DNA of 64,000 bases from Candidatus Cloacimonadota bacterium (GTDB taxonomy: Bacteria > Cloacimonadota > Cloacimonadia > JGIOTU-2). Below the pieces are notes generated by a model. The model saw nothing but the letters and a program-made list of their open reading frames with translations, did no database searches and was not told the origin of the DNA. The stretch covers positions 128,001 through 192,000 of the forward strand of contig JBNGBT010000002.1 of NCBI GenBank assembly GCA_049903315.1, read 5' to 3'. The position numbers and the translations under genes are program-made. Shown here piece after piece: positions 59,142 to 64,000 of the stretch (positions are counted from its first letter, which is position 1; each line of letters begins with the position of its first letter).

Positions 59142-60454
59142 TGCTAAAATCACTATTTAACGTCTTTAAAGTACCTGAACTCAAGAAGAAAGTTCTCTTT
59201 ACTCTTGGAATTCTTATTGTTTATCGATTGGGTAGCCATATTCCCACTCCGGGAATCAATACTTCAGCGCTTGGAGAATTTTTTGCAACTCAGGGTAATA
59301 CCATTTTTGGTATGATCGACCTCTTTGTGGGCGGAAACCTGAGCAAGGCAACAATCTTTGCCCTGGGTATCATGCCGTACATTACTGCTTCGATTGTGAT
59401 GCAGCTTCTTGGCGGAGTAATTCCGTTTTTTGAAAAGCTTAAAAAAGAAGGACCCGAGGGGCAGAAAAAAATTACTCAGTATACTCGTTACGGAACCCTC
59501 GTTATCGGTATTTTCAATGCATTCTGGATAACAACGTTCCTTGAGAGCATCACGGCTCCTTCCGGTGCAGCAGCAGTTCCTTTCCCGGGATTGATGTTCA
59601 AATTCGTAACCATACTCACGCTTGTGACCGGTACGATCCTCATCATGTGGCTAGGTGAACAGATCACAGAAAGAGGTATCGGAAACGGGATTTCGCTCAT
59701 CATCTTCATTGGTATTATTGCCCGCTATCCCAACGGGTTTATAAACATGTTCAAGATGGTGACGACAGGCACTCTTTCCATTCTCCTTGCTATCGGAGTA
59801 ATTGTATTTATGGTTCTGATCACTGCTGCGGTTATTCTTATCACAGAAGCGACCAGAAAGATCCCTGTGCAATATGCAAAGCGCGTCATAGGCAGGAAGA
59901 TCTATGGCGGACAAGCAACTCATATACCGCTTAAAGTAAACTCTGCTGGTGTTATCCCGATCATTTTTGCACAATCCGTACTCATGTTCCCCCAAACGAT
60001 CACGACGTTTTTTAAGAATAGTGATTTCATGCACACTCTCTCAAGCTGGCTTTCTCCTGGTGCATTTCTGCATACAACACTTTACGTAATCATGATCGTG
60101 TTCTTTGCCTACTTCTATACTGCTATTGTACTCAATCCCACAGAGATTGCAGAAAATATGAAAAAATATGGCGGCTTTATTCCCGGACGCAAGCCCGGAA
60201 AGAGAACTGCCGAATATATAAACAGTGTGATTGTTCGTATCACCTTACCAGGCGCAATATTCTTTGCATTCATCGCAGTTATACCAACATTCCTCATCAA
60301 ATATGCCAGGCTTCCATTCTATTTTGGAGGTACAGGCTTGATCATTATTGTCGGTGTAGCGCTTGATACTCTGAAGCAAATAGAATCTCACCTCGTTATG
60401 CGTCATTATGACGGATTTATGAAAAAAGGTAAATTGCGGGGTAGGTCAAGGTGA
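59141..60454 (+). CDS. secY: Preprotein translocase subunit SecY
   Basis: LGIMPYITASI, GIGNGISL, AGVIPIIFA, GGTGLII.VGV; GTG start. Confidence 0.98.
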   Translation: MLKSLFNVFKVPELKKKVLFTLGILIVYRLGSHIPTPGINTSALGEFFATQGNTIFGMIDLFVGGNLSKATIFALGIMPYITASIVMQLLGGVIPFFEKLKKEGPEGQKKITQYTRYGTLVIGIFNAFWITTFLESITAPSGAAAVPFPGLMFKFVTILTLVTGTILIMWLGEQITERGIGNGISLIIFIGIIARYPNGFINMFKMVTTGTLSILLAIGVIVFMVLITAAVILITEATRKIPVQYAKRVIGRKIYGGQATHIPLKVNSAGVIPIIFAQSVLMFPQTITTFFKNSDFMHTLSSWLSPGAFLHTTLYVIMIVFFAYFYTAIVLNPTEIAENMKKYGGFIPGRKPGKRTAEYINSVIVRITLPGAIFFAFIAVIPTFLIKYARLPFYFGGTGLIIIVGVALDTLKQIESHLVMRHYDGFMKKGKLRGRSR

Positions 60455-60459
60455 TCGAC

Positions 60460-61122
60460 ATGAAAAAACGCATAGTTGTGTTATTAGGTCCTCCAGGAGC
60501 AGGGAAGGGCACTCAGGCAGAATATATCAAAGAGAGATTTCATATTCCTCATATCTCAACAGGTGAAATACTGCGCGAGAACATTGATAAAGGTACACCC
60601 CTTGGTATCGAAGCAGATAAGTTCATGCACAAAGGCGATCTCGTTCCTGATGATCTTGTATTCGATATGTTAAAAGACCGCGTAAAGCAAAAGGATTGTG
60701 CTCCCGGTGCTTTGTTCGATGGATTCCCAAGGAATATTGACCAGGCGGAAATGTTCTTCAATATGGAATACGTTTCCTCAAATGCAAAAGTCAGTGCAAT
60801 TCTCATAGATATTCCTGATGACGAGGTCATTAAGCGCTTATCCAACAGACGATATTGCCCAAGTTGTAAAAGCATTTATAATCTGATTCATAAAGTGCCC
60901 AAGAAAAAAGCTGGAGATACCTTCCTCTGCGATAAATGTGGAACAGAACTTGAAATTCGTGATGATGATAAGGTCGAGACTATTAAGAATCGTTTGAAGG
61001 TTTTTCATAATGCTGCAGGACCACTCCTTGATTATTTCAGCAGAAAGAATGTTCTCCATAAAGTGAACGGCGCTACCTCTCTTGAGGAAGCTTCCAGTCA
61101 GATTGCTAAAATACTCGAATAA
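60460..61122 (+). CDS. adk: Adenylate kinase (Zn-lid type)
   Basis: GPPGAGKGTQA, DGFPR, lid CPSC...CDKC; start may be GTG 60451. Confidence 0.96.
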   Translation: MKKRIVVLLGPPGAGKGTQAEYIKERFHIPHISTGEILRENIDKGTPLGIEADKFMHKGDLVPDDLVFDMLKDRVKQKDCAPGALFDGFPRNIDQAEMFFNMEYVSSNAKVSAILIDIPDDEVIKRLSNRRYCPSCKSIYNLIHKVPKKKAGDTFLCDKCGTELEIRDDDKVETIKNRLKVFHNAAGPLLDYFSRKNVLHKVNGATSLEEASSQIAKILE

Positions 61123-61124
61123 GT

Positions 61125-61892
61125 ATGATCACGATAAAGAATGCCCGGGAAATCAAACTCATGAGGGAGAGCAACGCTCTTGTTGCCCTCATACTTGATG
61201 AGTTGCATGATATGATCAAACCTGGCATGAATGCGTATGAACTGAATGAACGAGCAGAAGAGATTATTCGAGAGCATGGAGCAGTTTCGGCTTTCAAAGG
61301 CTATGAAATGGATGACCTTGATCCCTATGAATATTCGATCTGCTCATCGATCAACAGTGAGATCGTTCATGGGTATTCGACTAAAGATAAAATATTACAG
61401 AATGGTGATATAATCGGTATAGATGTGGGTGTTAAATTAAATGGTTTCTGCGGTGACGGAGCTCGGACTTTTGCAGTTGGAACGATTTCCAGAGAAGTTC
61501 AATTACTTCTCGATTGTACCAGAAAAGCCCTTGAAAATGGAATTGCACAGTGCACACCCGGCAAAAAAGTCGGAGATATTTCTGCAGCAGTAGAAAAAAC
61601 TGCTATGGATAACGGAGTATATGTCGCAGAATGGCTTACAGGACATGGAATCGGACGAGATTTGCACGAAGATCCGACAATACCAAACGTCGGCAAAAAA
61701 GGAACAGGACCTATGCTGAGACCTGGTATGACCATATCAATTGAGCCGATGTTCAATATTGGAACGTCAAAAGCTGTAGAAAAAGAATGGGTCTATTACA
61801 CGATGGATGGTTCACCATCTGCACATTTCGAAAACACCGTTCTTATTACAGAAAATGAACCAGAGATCTTAACGAAAACAAGGAGTTCGTAA
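61125..61892 (+). CDS. map: Methionine aminopeptidase type I
   Basis: S.N.EIVHG, GHGIG..LHEDP, IEPM, SAHFE. Confidence 0.96.
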   Translation: MITIKNAREIKLMRESNALVALILDELHDMIKPGMNAYELNERAEEIIREHGAVSAFKGYEMDDLDPYEYSICSSINSEIVHGYSTKDKILQNGDIIGIDVGVKLNGFCGDGARTFAVGTISREVQLLLDCTRKALENGIAQCTPGKKVGDISAAVEKTAMDNGVYVAEWLTGHGIGRDLHEDPTIPNVGKKGTGPMLRPGMTISIEPMFNIGTSKAVEKEWVYYTMDGSPSAHFENTVLITENEPEILTKTRSS

Positions 61893-62110
61893 TGGCTAAA
61901 GACGGCCTCATAGAAGTTGACGGCACGGTCGTTGAAGCGCTTCCCGGCACGAAATTTATCGTGGAACTGGAAAACGGACATAAAGTTCATGCTCATATTT
62001 CAGGTAAGATGAGAATGCATTATATTCGTATTCTTGTCGGTGATAAGGTCAAAATGGAACTCTCTCCTTATGACCTGAATAAGGGTCGTATCGTTTATCG
62101 TTATAAATAA
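61892..62110 (+). CDS. infA: Translation initiation factor IF-1
   Basis: [23 protein letters not shown]. Confidence 0.98.
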   Translation: MAKDGLIEVDGTVVEALPGTKFIVELENGHKVHAHISGKMRMHYIRILVGDKVKMELSPYDLNKGRIVYRYK

Positions 62111-62128
62111 ATTAAAGGAATTTTTATC

Positions 62129-62245
62129 ATGAAAGTTCGAGCATCAGTAAAGAAACTTTGTAAAGATTGTAAGATTGTCAAGCGCAAAGGGCGCATATAT
62201 GTAATTTGTTCATCAAATCCAAAACATAAACAGAGACAAGGCTAA
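62129..62245 (+). CDS. rpmJ: 50S ribosomal protein L36
   Basis: Translated by hand: [38 protein letters not shown]. Confidence 0.97.
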   Translation: MKVRASVKKLCKDCKIVKRKGRIYVICSSNPKHKQRQG

Positions 62246-62257
62246 TTAGGAGGCACT

Positions 62258-62623
62258 TTGGCAAGAATAGCAGGTGTTGATTTACCGAATGAAAAGCGAA
62301 TTGAGATTGGCTTGACGTATATTTTTGGTATAGGTCGCTCAACCTCTAATGTGATACTGGAAAAAGCCGGTGTCGATAATAATAAAAAAGTAAAAGATCT
62401 TACTGACCAGGAAATCATTAAATTGCGTGATATCATCAGAGACGGTTATATAATCGAAGGTGATCTGCGCAAAGAAAGAACCATGAATGTCAAACGTCTC
62501 ATGGAGATTGGTTGCTATCGTGGTTTGCGTCATCGTATCGGTCTTCCTGTTCACGGACAGAGCACACACTCAAATGCCCGTACGAGAAAGGGACCACGAA
62601 GTAGCCGAGTCGGCAGAAAGTAA
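62258..62623 (+). CDS. rpsM: 30S ribosomal protein S13
   Basis: [30 protein letters not shown] start with AGGAGG RBS. Confidence 0.98.
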   Translation: MARIAGVDLPNEKRIEIGLTYIFGIGRSTSNVILEKAGVDNNKKVKDLTDQEIIKLRDIIRDGYIIEGDLRKERTMNVKRLMEIGCYRGLRHRIGLPVHGQSTHSNARTRKGPRSSRVGRK

Positions 62624-62634
62624 CAGGAGAAAAG

Positions 62635-63036
62635 ATGGCAGTAAAAGCAAAACAGAAAAAAACAGTAAGAAAAAAGAAAGTCCGCCTTCAAGAGACAGAC
62701 GGTATCGCTCATATCCAGGCAACTTTTAATAATACTATAATCACAATTACTGATAAAAAAGGTAATGTGATCGCCTGGTCAAGCTGTGGTAAAAATGGAT
62801 TCAAGAATTCAAAGAAAAGCACTTCATATGCAGCTCAACAGACTGCAAAAGATATCGCATCCACAGTATTGAACATGGGTTTAAGAAATATTCATGTGAG
62901 GGTGAGTGGACCTGGTTCCGGAAGAGATTCTGCAGTTCGTTCACTTCAGGGCGAAGGTTTGAATGTATTGTCAATTCTTGATACGACTCCCATTCCTCAT
63001 AATGGTTGTCGACCACCCAAACGAAGAAGAATATAA
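62635..63036 (+). CDS. rpsK: 30S ribosomal protein S11
   Basis: [27 protein letters not shown]. Confidence 0.98.
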   Translation: MAVKAKQKKTVRKKKVRLQETDGIAHIQATFNNTIITITDKKGNVIAWSSCGKNGFKNSKKSTSYAAQQTAKDIASTVLNMGLRNIHVRVSGPGSGRDSAVRSLQGEGLNVLSILDTTPIPHNGCRPPKRRRI

Positions 63037-63047
63037 GAGGATTCAGA

Positions 63048-63677
63048 ATGGCTAGATTTTTAGGCTCAAAATGTAAATTATGTAGAAGAGAAGGCGTAAA
63101 ACTCTTTTTAAAGGGTGCACGTTGTTACACTCAAAAGTGTAGTATTGAACGCAGAAATACTCCCCCTGGAGAGACCAAAAGAAGATATCGCGCAAAGTTA
63201 AGTGACTATGCAGTTCATCTTCGCGAAAAGCAAAAAGCAAAACGCACTTATGGTCTTCTTGAAAAGCAGTTTAAAAACTATTTCAAGAAAGCATCCCAAA
63301 TGAAGGGTGTTACAGGCGAAAATCTTTTGAGACTTCTCGAAATTCGATTAGATAATACTATCTATAGAATGGGATATGCAACCTCACGAAATGCTGCTCG
63401 ACAGCTTGTGAATCACGGACATGTGCTAGTTGATGGAAAAAAAGTAGATATTCCATCATTCCTTGTTGCACCCGGACAAAAGATCGAAATCAAAAGTAAA
63501 AGCAGACAAATACCCAATATCCACGAAGCAATGGAAGCTCACAAGTCACTTGACCAGTTCAACTGGCTTGAAGTTCATCCTGAAGAATTTTCTGGTTATG
63601 TGAAAGCACTGCCAACAGCTGACCAGCTTCCGCAGGATATTGATCATAGATTAATTATTGAATTCTACTCTAAATAA
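63048..63677 (+). CDS. rpsD: 30S ribosomal protein S4
   Basis: CKLCRREG, LREKQK, LE.RLDN, IIEFYSK; ATG 63048 after GAGG. Confidence 0.98.
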   Translation: MARFLGSKCKLCRREGVKLFLKGARCYTQKCSIERRNTPPGETKRRYRAKLSDYAVHLREKQKAKRTYGLLEKQFKNYFKKASQMKGVTGENLLRLLEIRLDNTIYRMGYATSRNAARQLVNHGHVLVDGKKVDIPSFLVAPGQKIEIKSKSRQIPNIHEAMEAHKSLDQFNWLEVHPEEFSGYVKALPTADQLPQDIDHRLIIEFYSK

Positions 63678-63692
63678 AAAATAGGAGTACAC

Positions 63693-64000
63693 ATGGTTGA
63701 TTTAGAACCAATCCAAATGCCAACATATATTAAGAAGGACGATAAGACCTATTCTGATACGTATGGCAAATTCACTATCGGTCCATTCGAGCAAGGGTTC
63801 GGCACAACGATCGCGAATTCTTTCCGTCGTGTGCTCTTGTCTTCAATACAGGGTGGAGCAGTCCGTTTTGTGAAGGTACATGGGCTTCAGCATCAATATG
63901 CTGCGATTCCTGGTTCGCGCGAAGACTATATCGAACTTATTCTCAACCTGAAAAATCTTGTACTTAAGATCAACAGCAATATAGAAGAGAAGCTCGAACT
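63693..64000 (+). CDS. rpoA: RNA polymerase alpha subunit (3' partial)
   Basis: Translated by hand: MVDLEPIQMP...GPFEQGFGTTIANSFRRVLLSSI; runs off the window. Confidence 0.93.
   Translation, partial: MVDLEPIQMPTYIKKDDKTYSDTYGKFTIGPFEQGFGTTIANSFRRVLLSSIQGGAVRFVKVHGLQHQYAAIPGSREDYIELILNLKNLVLKINSNIEEKLE

Noticed and set aside
35764..63677. Zn-binding forms of L33, S14, L36, S4, L24 and Adk
   Set aside because: Common in anaerobic and deep-branching bacteria; descriptive only.
1..64000. UGA-to-Trp genetic code reassignment
   Set aside because: Conserved genes (rplD, rpmD, secY, rsmD) end at TGA at the expected length, and the Trp codons I checked are TGG.
29212..64000. Numerous 60-150 aa antisense and alternate-frame ORFs
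   Set aside because: They are shadows of conserved genes, with no RBS or recognisable motifs.

Overview
AT-rich bacterial chromosome segment, probably Candidatus Cloacimonadota or a related FCB-like lineage. This is inferred from four secreted proteins ending in an 'IYNLKG...WNGKD...ETKKLIL-K' FlgD-Ig/T9SS-type sorting domain and from the gene order tRNA-tuf-rpmG-tRNA(Trp)-secE ... fusA-rpsJ. The accessory half (1-29 kb) holds GLUG-repeat and parallel beta-helix secreted proteins, an ECF transporter operon plus a HAD hydrolase, an ORFan bracketed by direct repeats, and DUF1858-pruA-ALDH7. It also holds a Vps62/NPP1-like passenger-plus-barrel gene paired with an Omp85-like gene, an SGNH hydrolase and methyltransferase, and an all-cytoplasmic sigma54 signalling cluster with duplicated tandem enhancer-like sites. 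Its intergenic spaces are packed with nested palindromic repeats. The core half (29-64 kb) is secD-secF-rsmD-cysS, five tRNAs, tuf, the rpoBC cluster and the str, S10, spc and alpha operons, cut off in rpoA. Notable oddities in the core are a str-operon EF-G with degenerate domain IV tip loops and a tRNA-Trp with a 4-bp anticodon stem. All family assignments are by eye; no searches were run.
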